Shown: positions 49,841 through 59,441, counted from the stretch's first letter. The stretch: DNA of 64,000 nucleotides from Parcubacteria group bacterium GW2011_GWA1_40_21 (GCA_000996205.1 LBYO01000004.1:4051-68050), one strand, 5' to 3'. Made by a program: numbers and translations. Notes: generated from the sequence alone by a model not told the origin.

Positions 49841-50308
49841 TTACTTCTCTTTATATTCTTTCAGAATATTTAAGAATAAGTATTGCTTTGCGCTGTAAGC
49901 ATAACCTCGCATTAAGTCCCTCATTCCTCTATATTCCTCCTCGTACCCAAAGTTAAATGAGAAACGATTTGCCCACCAATAATAGCGCCACCCCTCCACG
50001 TCAACGAACTCTCTCCAGTACTCGGGATTGAACTGAATCAGCTTTGCGCTGTATCCGCGACCGGCAGAGGTTACGGCTACACGAACCGGTCTAATGTCCA
50101 CTCGAGCCACTCCAACCCATAGTGGAGTTAAATGTATACCGCCATTTTTTTGCGCCCACATTTTGCCGGAAATATGATTCCTTGCAATTCCTATTTCGGT
50201 CGGCTCCGTGCAGTTTACAAAACCAATGTAAAATAAAAAACACAACACCAGAAAGATTGTTATTCCTGCAACCCACTTCTTCTTGAAGATACCGAAATAG
50301 GTATTCAT
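49841..50308 (-). CDS. Membrane-anchored hypothetical protein, paralog of 50305..50820
   Basis: TM; LTP..VDIRP..SAKLIQFNP..FVDVEG..MRGYAY..FL.IL. Confidence 0.65.
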   Translation of the reverse strand: MNTYFGIFKKKWVAGITIFLVLCFLFYIGFVNCTEPTEIGIARNHISGKMWAQKNGGIHLTPLWVGVARVDIRPVRVAVTSAGRGYSAKLIQFNPEYWREFVDVEGWRYYWWANRFSFNFGYEEEYRGMRDLMRGYAYSAKQYLFLNILKEYKEK

Positions 50309-50820
50309 TTTTTCTCCTCAATGTCGATGGCGGGTAACTCTTGAGCTCCCTGATTCGGAGCGATTACCTGGATGACCTTCAGAAATGGACAATCTTTGCC
50401 TTCTGCCATATCAAAGGCGTAGCACTTCAAAATTTCTAGCAGATTTTTTGTATAGTCACCAGCGTTGCGACCGTGCCATTCCACAAATGTCGCCAGCCCC
50501 TTTGGATCAAATCTTACAAGTTTGGCGTTCAGCACGCGTTGATTGACGCTGATGGTCAGCTGGTATGGACGCAAATCGATTCTGTGCACACTATATCTAA
50601 TCGGAGTCAGAACGACCCACCCTGTGTGATCTATCGCTTCAATCTCGCCGGTCTTTCGGTCAAAACTGAACGCCAACTGATGTTTGTCCACATTGGTCAC
50701 CCATAAAGCCCTCCAGATCAATAAACCGAAAAAACTCGCAACCAGACATAAAATAACAATACCTCCGCATGTCTTAAGTATGCTATCCTTTCCTTCACCA
50801 CCTTCTTTTTTCTCACTCAT
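50305..50820 (-). CDS. Membrane-anchored hypothetical protein (SPFH N-terminal-like)
   Basis: TM; LTP..IDLRP..NAKLVRFDP..FVEWHG..LKCYAF..FL.VI; AAGGAG SD. Confidence 0.65.
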   Translation of the reverse strand: MSEKKEGGEGKDSILKTCGGIVILCLVASFFGLLIWRALWVTNVDKHQLAFSFDRKTGEIEAIDHTGWVVLTPIRYSVHRIDLRPYQLTISVNQRVLNAKLVRFDPKGLATFVEWHGRNAGDYTKNLLEILKCYAFDMAEGKDCPFLKVIQVIAPNQGAQELPAIDIEEKK

Positions 50821-51036
50821 CTCAATCTCCTTTCGTGTTTGTTTTTTCCTAGAATTCTGCTAGGTCAGACACCTTTTCAAGGTATTCTACTGTAGATTAT
50901 TCACATATTATTACTTCTGTCAAGCTTTTTTGGAGGAATAAGAATTTTGCGATTCAAAAGATTTCCTCGATTAAAGAATATTAACAGAACGATTAGTCTA
51001 GCTTATAAAATCAGCTAAGTAGAAAATTCCAAATTC

Positions 51037-52125
51037 CTAAAACATCTTAACGATATCTTTGTAGGTCACGACGAGCATTAGGAGAATAAGCAGAGCTAAT
51101 CCTGCGCCGTTTAAAGCATTGGCGATTTTCGGACTAATCGCGCGTCTTCTCACCGCTTCAATGGCGACAAAAAGAAGCCGTCCGCCGTCAAGAGCCGGAA
51201 AAGGGATAATGTTTATGACGGCGAGATTTATTGAAATAAACGCGGCAAAGCTCATCAAGTAGACGATGCCTAAAGTTGACGCTTCCCCGACGAGCCCGAC
51301 AATTCCGACCGGTCCGGAAATTTGAGAAAAATCCGCCTTGCCTCTGAACGCGTCAAAGACAAAATGGTAGAGTCCGATTGCCACATTTTCAGTCGTAGCG
51401 CCCGTAAGCTTGGCTCCTTCATATAATGCCTTACGCGCCGAAAGTTTTACAATGCCAACCGTATCCATAGCTATACCGATAGCTTTTCTTCCTTCAATAA
51501 GCCCTTCGGACGCCGTGACGATCGCGGTTTTCAATTCATTGCCCCGCTTGTAATCTATCTTTATCGCACCGCCGCTGTTCGCAATGAAATTTTGTACCTC
51601 AGCAACATCGGCGGTGCTTATTTTCTTGCCGCTTGACTCCAGAGATATTATGGTTTCCCCGCCGACAAACCCAGCCGAGCGGGCAGGCGAATCCGCCTGC
51701 GCCGCGATTATAATTATATGCGGGTCTTTTACATATGAAGCGTACGAATCGCGCACGGAAGTCGTAAGTCCAGACATAAAAGAAATGGACAAGACAATCC
51801 ACGCGAACAAAATATTAAAGGTGATTCCGGACACGAGCACCGCCGCCTGTTTCAGCCTAGAGGCATTTACGAAACTTCTCGCGCTGTCCGGTCCGGCCAT
51901 TGATTCTTCATTGGGATTTTCGCCGAATATTTTGACATAGCCTCCGAAAGGAATTGAATTTATGGCGTAAGTCGTCTCGCCGTATTTCTTGCTCCAAATT
52001 TTGGGCGGAAAACCAATGGCGAATTCATCCACTCTGATTCCGAATTTCTTGGCAACGATAAAATGCCCCAGCTCATGGACAAAGATAAGCGCCGCAAGTA
52101 TTAATAAAAAAATTATGATTGACAT
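51037..52125 (-). CDS. rseP: RIP metalloprotease RseP (M50)
   Basis: HELGH, PFGGYV, PDZ-like segment, NIIPFPALDGG. Confidence 0.95.
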   Translation of the reverse strand: MSIIIFLLILAALIFVHELGHFIVAKKFGIRVDEFAIGFPPKIWSKKYGETTYAINSIPFGGYVKIFGENPNEESMAGPDSARSFVNASRLKQAAVLVSGITFNILFAWIVLSISFMSGLTTSVRDSYASYVKDPHIIIIAAQADSPARSAGFVGGETIISLESSGKKISTADVAEVQNFIANSGGAIKIDYKRGNELKTAIVTASEGLIEGRKAIGIAMDTVGIVKLSARKALYEGAKLTGATTENVAIGLYHFVFDAFRGKADFSQISGPVGIVGLVGEASTLGIVYLMSFAAFISINLAVINIIPFPALDGGRLLFVAIEAVRRRAISPKIANALNGAGLALLILLMLVVTYKDIVKMF

Positions 52126-52304
52126 GTTTGTTGGGAATTAGGTTTTAGGTTTTAGGTTTTAGGTGGTAGGTTGTAGGAAGAGAAAGAGGTTGTAGGTTTA
52201 AGAAATTTGGATTTGATTAGAAATTAGGTCAATAGAAATTTAATCGCCTTTTCTTCTTTTCCCTTCTTCCCTACCACCTACCACCTAAAACCCACAACCT
52301 TCTT

Positions 52305-52856
52305 TCAGGACATTATCTCCTTGTCTTTCTTCGCCACGACTTCTTCCAGTTTCTTGCTCGCGTCGTCAATAATTTTCTGCATTTCGGTCTTTAATCTGAA
52401 TTTGTCGTCTTCCCCCATCTCCCCATCTCTCTCCTTCTTCTGGATTTCGCTCCACACTTCATCGCGAGCGGAGCGAAGCGATACTCTGGCTTCTTCAAGC
52501 TTGGCGTTGGCGACTTTGACCAAAGCTGTTCTTCTTTCGGTTGTCAGCTCTGGAAACAGCACGCGAAGACCTTTTTCGTCCGCTCTGATTGAAACTCCAA
52601 GATTCGCCAAAGTAATAGCCTTTTCAATAGCCGCCACCTGCGAAATATCCCAGGGAGAAACGCGGAGAGATCTGGCGTCTTCTATGCTTACGCTCGCCAT
52701 CTCCTTTATGCCCATTCTACTTCCGTAAGACTCCACGACAACACTATCAAGAAGCGCCGGCGCCGCCATCCCCGTCCTTATGCCGGTGTATTCTTTCTTC
52801 AGCCACTCTTCCACTTCTTTTGTCTTGCTTTTTAATTTTGAAAAATCGTACAACAT
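52305..52856 (-). CDS. frr: Ribosome recycling factor
   Basis: IRTGMAAPALLD, PELTTERR, EEARVSLRSAR. Confidence 0.95.
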   Translation of the reverse strand: MLYDFSKLKSKTKEVEEWLKKEYTGIRTGMAAPALLDSVVVESYGSRMGIKEMASVSIEDARSLRVSPWDISQVAAIEKAITLANLGVSIRADEKGLRVLFPELTTERRTALVKVANAKLEEARVSLRSARDEVWSEIQKKERDGEMGEDDKFRLKTEMQKIIDDASKKLEEVVAKKDKEIMS

Positions 52857-53072
52857 ATTTTTATATTTTTATATTTTTATATTTTTAATCCTGCTAATTT
52901 TTTATTGATTTCAATGATAACATCGTCTGTTTAAAAAACCAACACAGCGCGCGCAGCGCGCTCAAGTTGAAAGTCTATAAAGTTATCGAGTTTATAAAGT
53001 TTCAGAAATATTTCCGATATTATTAATCAGCCTCTCGTCCCCACTTTATGGGCTTTATGAACTTGACGGACT

Positions 53073-53810
53073 TTATACTATAAGCGCTATATGCTCAAGA
53101 AGCATCTTTACGGAAGGCGACCTGTCGCCGGCATAATTCCGGCATTTATCTATTTCTTCAAAAATAAACAGATTTTTTTTCTTTTCTTCGCTTGAACCAG
53201 ACTTATTCAAAATTTCCTTTTCAACATCGTTCAGAAAATCCACAGCAACCGACCTGCTTATTTCTTCATCGGCGATTTTGTCAGTTATTTTTTTCACCAT
53301 TGCCAACCGTTCGCCCGCCACTGATTCAATGAATTTTTTCGCGTCAAAAATGTTTTCTGATTTTTCAGATTTTTCGTCTCCACCGAATCCTGCTCCTTGA
53401 TTCAAATTCACGACCATCATCCTTGACCGGAGCGTCGGCAAAAGGATGCTTGCCGAGGAAATTATCAGGAAAAATACCGCCCCGCCCGCCGGCTCCTCAA
53501 ACATTTTGAGAAGTGAGTTTTGCGTTTCTCTCGTTATGAAATTCGCCGCTATCGCGAAAATTCTTCGGGGCGCCGACACAGCTTTTCTTGACTGCATTTC
53601 GTTGATTGACCTCCCTTCGTCAATACCCAAAGTGTCAAAAGCGCCGTAATAAAAATCAGGGTTGCCTTTGATCTTGAATTTCAAAATATTTTCCAAAAAT
53701 TCCCTTAATTCATTCAAAATATCTTCGCGCTTCCCTTCCAAGCAATAAGCGTGATGAAGTTTTTCCACTGAATCAGGAAGAACTGATTTCAAATCCAAAA
53801 CTTTGTTCAT
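53073..53810 (-). CDS. holB: DNA polymerase III delta' subunit-like protein
   Basis: HHAYCLEG, NPDF, QNSLLKMFEEP, LPTLRSR. Confidence 0.82.
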   Translation of the reverse strand: MNKVLDLKSVLPDSVEKLHHAYCLEGKREDILNELREFLENILKFKIKGNPDFYYGAFDTLGIDEGRSINEMQSRKAVSAPRRIFAIAANFITRETQNSLLKMFEEPAGGAVFFLIISSASILLPTLRSRMMVVNLNQGAGFGGDEKSEKSENIFDAKKFIESVAGERLAMVKKITDKIADEEISRSVAVDFLNDVEKEILNKSGSSEEKKKNLFIFEEIDKCRNYAGDRSPSVKMLLEHIALIV

Positions 53811-53858
53811 TTAAAAATTATAGACCATACGGCAAACAAAGAGCAAATGAGTTGAAGA

Positions 53859-53921
53859 AGGTGGTAGGTGGTAGGTGGTAGGTGGTAGGTGGTAGGTGGT
53901 AGGTGGTAGGTGGTAGGTGGT
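53859..53921 (+). repeat. Perfect tandem (AGGTGGT)x9
   Basis: Counted directly; complementary C-rich arm at 54796-54824. Confidence 0.9.
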
Positions 53922-54070
53922 AGGAAAAAAATAGGAAGAGAAGGTTGGTTTTGGATATGGTATAAAGTTTGGAATGATGAAACTCGCCGAGTTGCGTCAT
54001 TATTCAAAATAAAAAAGAGACTTCAGTCGCGCAAACAAACTGAAGTCTCTTATATTTTAACCGGGGGGAA

Positions 54071-54247
54071 CTATATCGTAGCAATTACCGACAGTGGAAA
54101 CTCCTCTCTCAAACTGGGAACTCGTATTATAAAGTGTGGCCGGTAATGACCGCTTAACTTGTCGCTGTAAGCGATTGTTGGAGCTCGTCTTGAAATTTTT
54201 ATATTCTGCCTTAATTTTTTATCTACTTCTTTTCTCCTTCTTGGCAT
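54071..54247 (-). CDS. Small basic hypothetical protein (58 aa, orphan cassette)
   Basis: MPRRRKEVDKKLRQNIK...; AGGAG SD; TTGACT-16-TATTAT upstream; terminator-like hairpin at 54015-54051. Confidence 0.45.
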   Translation of the reverse strand: MPRRRKEVDKKLRQNIKISRRAPTIAYSDKLSGHYRPHFIIRVPSLREEFPLSVIATI

Positions 54248-54437
54248 TTTATTCTCCTAAATGTTTAAAAATAAAAGAAAAAATAACAGAATTAAAACGG
54301 AAACATTGTCCTCCTTCCCATTGCTAACCAGCGCTAATAAAGTACGAAGCTAAAGAAATAATATACTAAACTGGCAAGAAGTCAATACCATGTTGGTAAT
54401 CTGTTGAATTTATGCTAGTGTTTTAGACACATCTTAT

Positions 54438-54522
54438 GCCGAGGTGGCGAAATTGGTAGACGTACTTGCCTTAGGAGCAAGCGGGGTAACCCATGGAGGT
54501 TCGAGTCCTCTCCTCGGCACCA
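54438..54522 (+). tRNA. tRNA-Leu(TAG), CCA encoded
   Basis: Cloverleaf GCCGAGG..CCTCGGC-A-CCA, anticodon loop CT-TAG-GA, long variable arm. Confidence 0.95.
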
Positions 54523-54622
54523 CGAATCTGCGAGTGGGCAGAGGAAGCCCCGAAGAACATCGGGACGTGAGGACTCGAATGTCCTCTCCTCAGCAAAAAT
54601 TTGTAGTACAATATAAAAAAAC

Positions 54623-54706
54623 GCCCAGGTGGTGAAATTGGTAGACACGCAGGCCTCAGAAGCTTGTGGAAGCAATTCCTTGGAGGTTCGAGTCCTCTCC
54701 TGGGCA
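54623..54706 (+). tRNA. tRNA-Leu(CAG)
   Basis: GCCCAGG..CCTGGGC-A, anticodon loop CT-CAG-AA. Confidence 0.95.
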
Positions 54707-54878
54707 CAAAGTTAGTCCACTAAATTTGTGACCAGGAAATGAGCAAACTGCTTTGCTCGTGTGAGAAATTGATGAATTGAAAATTTATCTCCATAAAACC
54801 TAACACCTACAACCTACAACCTAATCTGTTGGATTTATTCTCATTTTTGATATAGAATTACAAAGTTAAATAAACAAT

Positions 54879-56453
54879 ATGGTATCACCGCAAATCGCTA
54901 GATTGTTGGAAAGTTTGAAACAAACCGCCGACAAAGACGATATAGCCAACAAAGACGAATTTTATGTCAAAGTCAACGAGCTCGCCAAAAAAGCGGGTAT
55001 GTTTTACGAAAAAATCCGCTATCTGATTGATTACAAGGAGGAGCACACGATCCGCCGAAACGCGATTCAAAGAATTTTAAAAAGAAATCTTTTTTTCAAG
55101 ACCGAAGGAAAGGTCGCCCAACTTCTCATTCATGAACTTATAAGAGGCGGGTACCTTGAAAGCGGCAGTTTTTCAGAAAACAGAATTTCTTATGTTCAAG
55201 GAATAATAGACAAATTTTTGTCTCTCCAAAATTCTTTGGCTTCCGTGGCAGGAGGAGATTTGGCGACCAATAAGAAAATAATAGGCCTCGTGGCGAGTGA
55301 AATAGAAATTTATCTATTCGGCAGTAAGATTGAAGAGTCGGTCTTTATCGCCTTTTACGAGACTGTCAGGAACGATATAAAACTTTCTCAAATCCCGATA
55401 AGCGAAGACGACAAAGACGCGCAAATATACATTGCGTGCTTGAGAAGCCTTCTGAAAACCGACGAGCAAACAATCGCTTACCGATTATGGATAAGGCTTT
55501 TGCCTAATTGGATTAACATTAAAGACGGTTCGGAAATTCAGATTGTCGCAAAAAGTTTCTCATCTATCCAATCCAAGATAACCGCGAATCTTGACGACAA
55601 TCTTAGTTGGAGAATTGCTCGGAAATTAAAAAATCAGGCCATATATTTCAACCTCATAAAAGAGATCGTAGAGCGTTACGGGGCCGATTCCGAACAAATT
55701 CTTAATAATCCGGCTTCTCTGGAAAAGCAAGCGAAAAATATTCTGGAGAGCAAATACAAAAAAGAAAACGGCCGAATTCGCAAAAGCGCCTTTAGGGCGA
55801 TAATTTATATTTTATTCACCAAAACTATTTTGGCTTTCATCTTGGAACTGCCGTATGACCTTGCGATATTGGGGAAAATTTATTATCCGGCTCTGATAAT
55901 AAATGTGGCTTTCCACCCCGTATTTCTTTTCCTCGTCACATATACGATAAAACCGTTGGGAGAAAAAAATACCGGCCTTATAATTTCCGGACTCAACACC
56001 GTCATTTATGACAATGCTATGTCGTCCATCCAAATCAGGGGCAAAAAGACTAAAAATTTTCTGTATTTCCTGTTTTTAATTTTATACGGATTTATATTTC
56101 TGCTGACTTTCGGAGCGGTCGTGTTCATCCTCAATAAGCTCAATTTTAATTTTATGAGCATGCTTCTTTTTATTTTTTTCCTGACTTTGGTCGCTTATTT
56201 CGGACTGCGCATAAGATACATTGCGAAGAATTGGACGGCCAGCTCCAACAAAGAAAGAACGCTTCGCTTTTTAGGCAATATCTTAGTTATGCCGATAGTG
56301 GAAGTCGGGAGATGGCTAAGTCAGAAATTTGAAGGTATCAATATCTTGGTCTTTATTATGGATTTCATCATAGAAACCCCATTCAAGGCAATGCTCAGCG
56401 TGTTTGACTCATTCATCTCATTTCTCAAGGAAAAGAGAGAGGAGATGTATTGA
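54879..56453 (+). CDS. Hypothetical membrane protein (4-5 C-terminal TMs)
   Basis: Long ORF; YEKIRYLIDYKEEHTIRRNAI near the N-terminus; hydrophobic C-terminal half. Confidence 0.75.
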   Translation: MVSPQIARLLESLKQTADKDDIANKDEFYVKVNELAKKAGMFYEKIRYLIDYKEEHTIRRNAIQRILKRNLFFKTEGKVAQLLIHELIRGGYLESGSFSENRISYVQGIIDKFLSLQNSLASVAGGDLATNKKIIGLVASEIEIYLFGSKIEESVFIAFYETVRNDIKLSQIPISEDDKDAQIYIACLRSLLKTDEQTIAYRLWIRLLPNWINIKDGSEIQIVAKSFSSIQSKITANLDDNLSWRIARKLKNQAIYFNLIKEIVERYGADSEQILNNPASLEKQAKNILESKYKKENGRIRKSAFRAIIYILFTKTILAFILELPYDLAILGKIYYPALIINVAFHPVFLFLVTYTIKPLGEKNTGLIISGLNTVIYDNAMSSIQIRGKKTKNFLYFLFLILYGFIFLLTFGAVVFILNKLNFNFMSMLLFIFFLTLVAYFGLRIRYIAKNWTASSNKERTLRFLGNILVMPIVEVGRWLSQKFEGINILVFIMDFIIETPFKAMLSVFDSFISFLKEKREEMY

Positions 56454-56534
56454 ACGACTCAAATTGCGCGATTCGGTCAAAGATATTAGAATGAAGCAAT
56501 TAAAATTATGCAAATAAATAACACATATAGCAAT

Positions 56535-57854
56535 ATGAAAAAAATTAAATTGAATGCCATTTTGGTCTTGTTTTTAGGTATTTTTGCCGCGGGCATATCA
56601 AATACGGCGCAGACAGCTTCAGCAAAATCTTCCGAGGACAGATTTGATAAAATCCCAGGACAATACATAGTCGTCTTAAAGGATAAAGGGGCTGACACCG
56701 ATTCGGAAACGGACAATACCGCCAAAGCCCATAAACTGGAACGTATCCACACTTATAATCGCGCGATAAAAGGATTCGCGGCAAGAATAAATGAAGCCGA
56801 ATTGGAAAAAATCAAAAACGACCCTCGCGTTGAATTTGTGGCGGAAGACAGAGCGGTTTATATTTCCAATCCCGCGTTTGGAAGCGAATCTTCGAACAAA
56901 GCTTCTTCCGTTTCCAAAAAGCCGGCGCCGCAGACACAGCCTCCGCAGACTGTTCCGACGGGGATTGACCGCGTCAATGCCGAGAACTTGCTTAACAAAG
57001 GTGCCGGTATCGGCGTGGCTGTCATAGACACAGGCATTGAGCTTTCTCATCCCGACCTAAAGGGAAATATCATAGCCAATAAAAATTGCCTTTCCAGCGT
57101 AAAAAACGGCAATGACGACAACGGCCACGGAACTCATACGGCGGGAACAATCGCCGCGCTTGATAACAATATCGGAGTTGTCGGCGCGGCGCCGGAAGCG
57201 AAATTGATAGCGGTAAAAGTTTTAAACCGAAATGGGTCGGGAACTTGGTCGTCAGTAATATGCGGAATTGATTGGGTAACGGCAAACGCGGCCAAATACA
57301 ACATAAAAGTCGCCAATATGAGTTTGGGCGGAGCCGGAGCGAGCGACAATAATTGCGGAAGCACAAACAATGATCCTCTTCATAAGGCCATCTGCAATTC
57401 CAGAGACGCCGGCGTCACTTATGTGGTCGCCGCCGGAAATGAAAACAAATCGGCAAGCCTTTCTGTGCCAGCCTCTTATGACGATGCCGTGATCACCGTT
57501 TCCGCTCTGGCTGATTCTGACGGCGCTCTGGGCGGATTGGGATCCCCTACTCTATACGGAGCCGACGACACATTCGCGACTTTCAGCAATTTTGGAAATA
57601 TAGTGGATTTGGGAGCTCCCGGGGTTGACATCTACTCAACATACATAGGCGGCAAATACGCGACCCTTAGCGGAACAAGTATGGCCGCGCCTCATGTGTC
57701 TGGTGTCGCGACTCTCTATATAAAAAATAATCCGTCTTCAACATGGGACCAAGTAAGAGATGTTTTGAAAGCGTTGGCGGAAAATCTCGGCTTCGGACAC
57801 ACCGACCCGTCCGACCTTCATTCTGAACCTGTTGTAAGAGCAGACAGTCTTTAA
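56535..57854 (+). CDS. Secreted S8 subtilisin-like protease with I9 propeptide
   Basis: Catalytic triad motifs VAVIDTG, HGTHTAG and GTSMAAPHV; propeptide IPGQYIVVLK. Confidence 0.95.
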   Translation: MKKIKLNAILVLFLGIFAAGISNTAQTASAKSSEDRFDKIPGQYIVVLKDKGADTDSETDNTAKAHKLERIHTYNRAIKGFAARINEAELEKIKNDPRVEFVAEDRAVYISNPAFGSESSNKASSVSKKPAPQTQPPQTVPTGIDRVNAENLLNKGAGIGVAVIDTGIELSHPDLKGNIIANKNCLSSVKNGNDDNGHGTHTAGTIAALDNNIGVVGAAPEAKLIAVKVLNRNGSGTWSSVICGIDWVTANAAKYNIKVANMSLGGAGASDNNCGSTNNDPLHKAICNSRDAGVTYVVAAGNENKSASLSVPASYDDAVITVSALADSDGALGGLGSPTLYGADDTFATFSNFGNIVDLGAPGVDIYSTYIGGKYATLSGTSMAAPHVSGVATLYIKNNPSSTWDQVRDVLKALAENLGFGHTDPSDLHSEPVVRADSL

Positions 57855-57886
57855 TTTTAAACGCCTTGAAATTGTAAAATGGTACC

Positions 57887-57991
57887 CCAAATTGCGAAAT
57901 GCAAAAATTCAGGTCCTCGGGCAGCAAAAGCTGTTTGCTTTTAAATGTTTTTGCTCAGCCAGACCGTAAATTTTTGCATTTCGTAATTCGG
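57887..57991. mobile_element. MITE-like family M1, copy 2 (inverted)
   Basis: aattgcgaaatgcaaaaatt ... aatttttgcatttcgtaatt. Confidence 0.75.
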
Positions 57992-58101
57992 AAATGGTAT
58001 ACAAAATCTGCTATCGCTGAAAATGTGCACCCTTTCAAAAAATAAATAAATTAGAGGTGGGATAAAAATCCCACCTCTATTATGTAAATTCATCATCATT
58101 A

Positions 58102-58332
58102 TTAAAACTTGATAGCGCCGCCTCCCATCGTTTGGCACACAGGACAACACCTTAGATGATCCCTAATTCTGCACAAATGACGAGGTTTTATATACTTCTC
58201 GCCATAAGGTAAAATTCCAAAAAAGGGCGTTATTTCTTTACAAGTCGGAATCTCCCTTTTCTGCCACGGTCTTTTAAACGGAATCGCAGCCCCCGTCTCA
58301 ATCAATTTTCTTGCCTTTTCGCCGTATTTCAT
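58102..58332 (-). CDS. Small hypothetical protein with CxxC-like motif
   Basis: G-rich SD before ATG 58332; HLRCCPVC; downstream hairpin at 58051-58080. Confidence 0.45.
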   Translation of the reverse strand: MKYGEKARKLIETGAAIPFKRPWQKREIPTCKEITPFFGILPYGEKYIKPRHLCRIRDHLRCCPVCQTMGGGAIKF

Positions 58333-58397
58333 CTTCCCCCCTATCAAAATTCTGAATTTTATGGAACTAAAAACTTTTAAAGAGACTAGCACGCATT

Positions 58398-59417
58398 CTA
58401 TTTTTTGGCAATACCAGCGAGTTTCATATCCAAAAGATCGGATATTAACTTGGCTAATTTGGGATGGGGCTGTCCGTTTATTTCAATCCAGCGTTCCCCG
58501 TCAATCATAGACGGCACATATATATAAATTCCCAAAGTTTTAAATCCTCCCTCCTTCATAATTTTACCATTCTCATCCATGTACGCCGCACAGCCACCGC
58601 TGAATTCATTAATTTTCTCATCCTCTATGGAAGTGTCCAGTCTGGAAAATTTATTTTCAGGAATAATATAAATCAAATCTTTCTCTTCTTCGCTTCCATT
58701 TATTTTACCGTTGTCAATAGTCTTGACTTTCAACTTAACCATCCCTTCCAACTCTTTTCTGTTCATAGCATCGCCTTTGACTTGGATAAGCATATTGATT
58801 TTATCTTCCTTGTCTATCGCAATCATATCTATTGATTTCTCCACATCATCTTTAGGCGCGCTGTAAGTGAAATCCATTCTGTTTTTTTTGCCGCTTTTAT
58901 CTCTATTGTATTTATTATCCAAAATATTCCTCAAAGCTATCGGCGCCAGCACTCCGTGCTTTAAAGTTTCTCCTCTAACAATAGTTTTGTTTTTTTCCAC
59001 CTTAAAGAGATCGTCATACAAATCCCAATAATCTTCCAATAAAATAAAATTATTTTCGTTATTCTTTATGAAAAAAGCCATTTCTTGTTGAAATTTCGCA
59101 TTCTCAATTCTAACATCTTTATCCCTTTCTCCATTTTTTCTGGTCGCTTTATCTCTTAAAATCAATTCCTCCACGCCAAATAAAAGGCTGGTTAGATGAA
59201 TTCTGTTCGGGTCTGTCAATTTTCCTAAAAATTTTTCTTTTCCAGACAAGATTTTTGCGCGATAATCTTCATCATCGCCTTCTCTCTCCTCGCGCAAAGA
59301 CATAATTTCCTCCTCAATCTTGCGAAGGAGGTTTGGATAAGAAATTGAATCTAAGTTTTCAAAATCAGCCTCTTTCGGTTCGTCTTCCAAGAGAATTCCT
59401 CCTGGATGTGTCTTCAA
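58398..59417 (-). CDS. Hypothetical protein, possibly PD-(D/E)xK-like; likely N-terminal frameshift
   Basis: DDVEKSIDMIA..LIQVKG motif; the likely ATG at 59427 is out of frame. Confidence 0.55.
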   Translation of the reverse strand: MKTHPGGILLEDEPKEADFENLDSISYPNLLRKIEEEIMSLREEREGDDEDYRAKILSGKEKFLGKLTDPNRIHLTSLLFGVEELILRDKATRKNGERDKDVRIENAKFQQEMAFFIKNNENNFILLEDYWDLYDDLFKVEKNKTIVRGETLKHGVLAPIALRNILDNKYNRDKSGKKNRMDFTYSAPKDDVEKSIDMIAIDKEDKINMLIQVKGDAMNRKELEGMVKLKVKTIDNGKINGSEEEKDLIYIIPENKFSRLDTSIEDEKINEFSGGCAAYMDENGKIMKEGGFKTLGIYIYVPSMIDGERWIEINGQPHPKLAKLISDLLDMKLAGIAKK

Positions 59418-59441
59418 ATGATTCCATAATTTGTATTATAT

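Noticed and set aside
53859-53921. (AGGTGGT)x9 as a CRISPR array, or the PPTTYHL-repeat ORFs 53807..54007 and 53818..54000 as genes
   Set aside because: There are no spacers or cas genes, and the ORFs are by-products of a stop-free heptamer repeat.
54415-54707. ORFs overlapping the two tRNA-Leu genes
   Set aside because: The region is fully explained by the tRNA cloverleaves.
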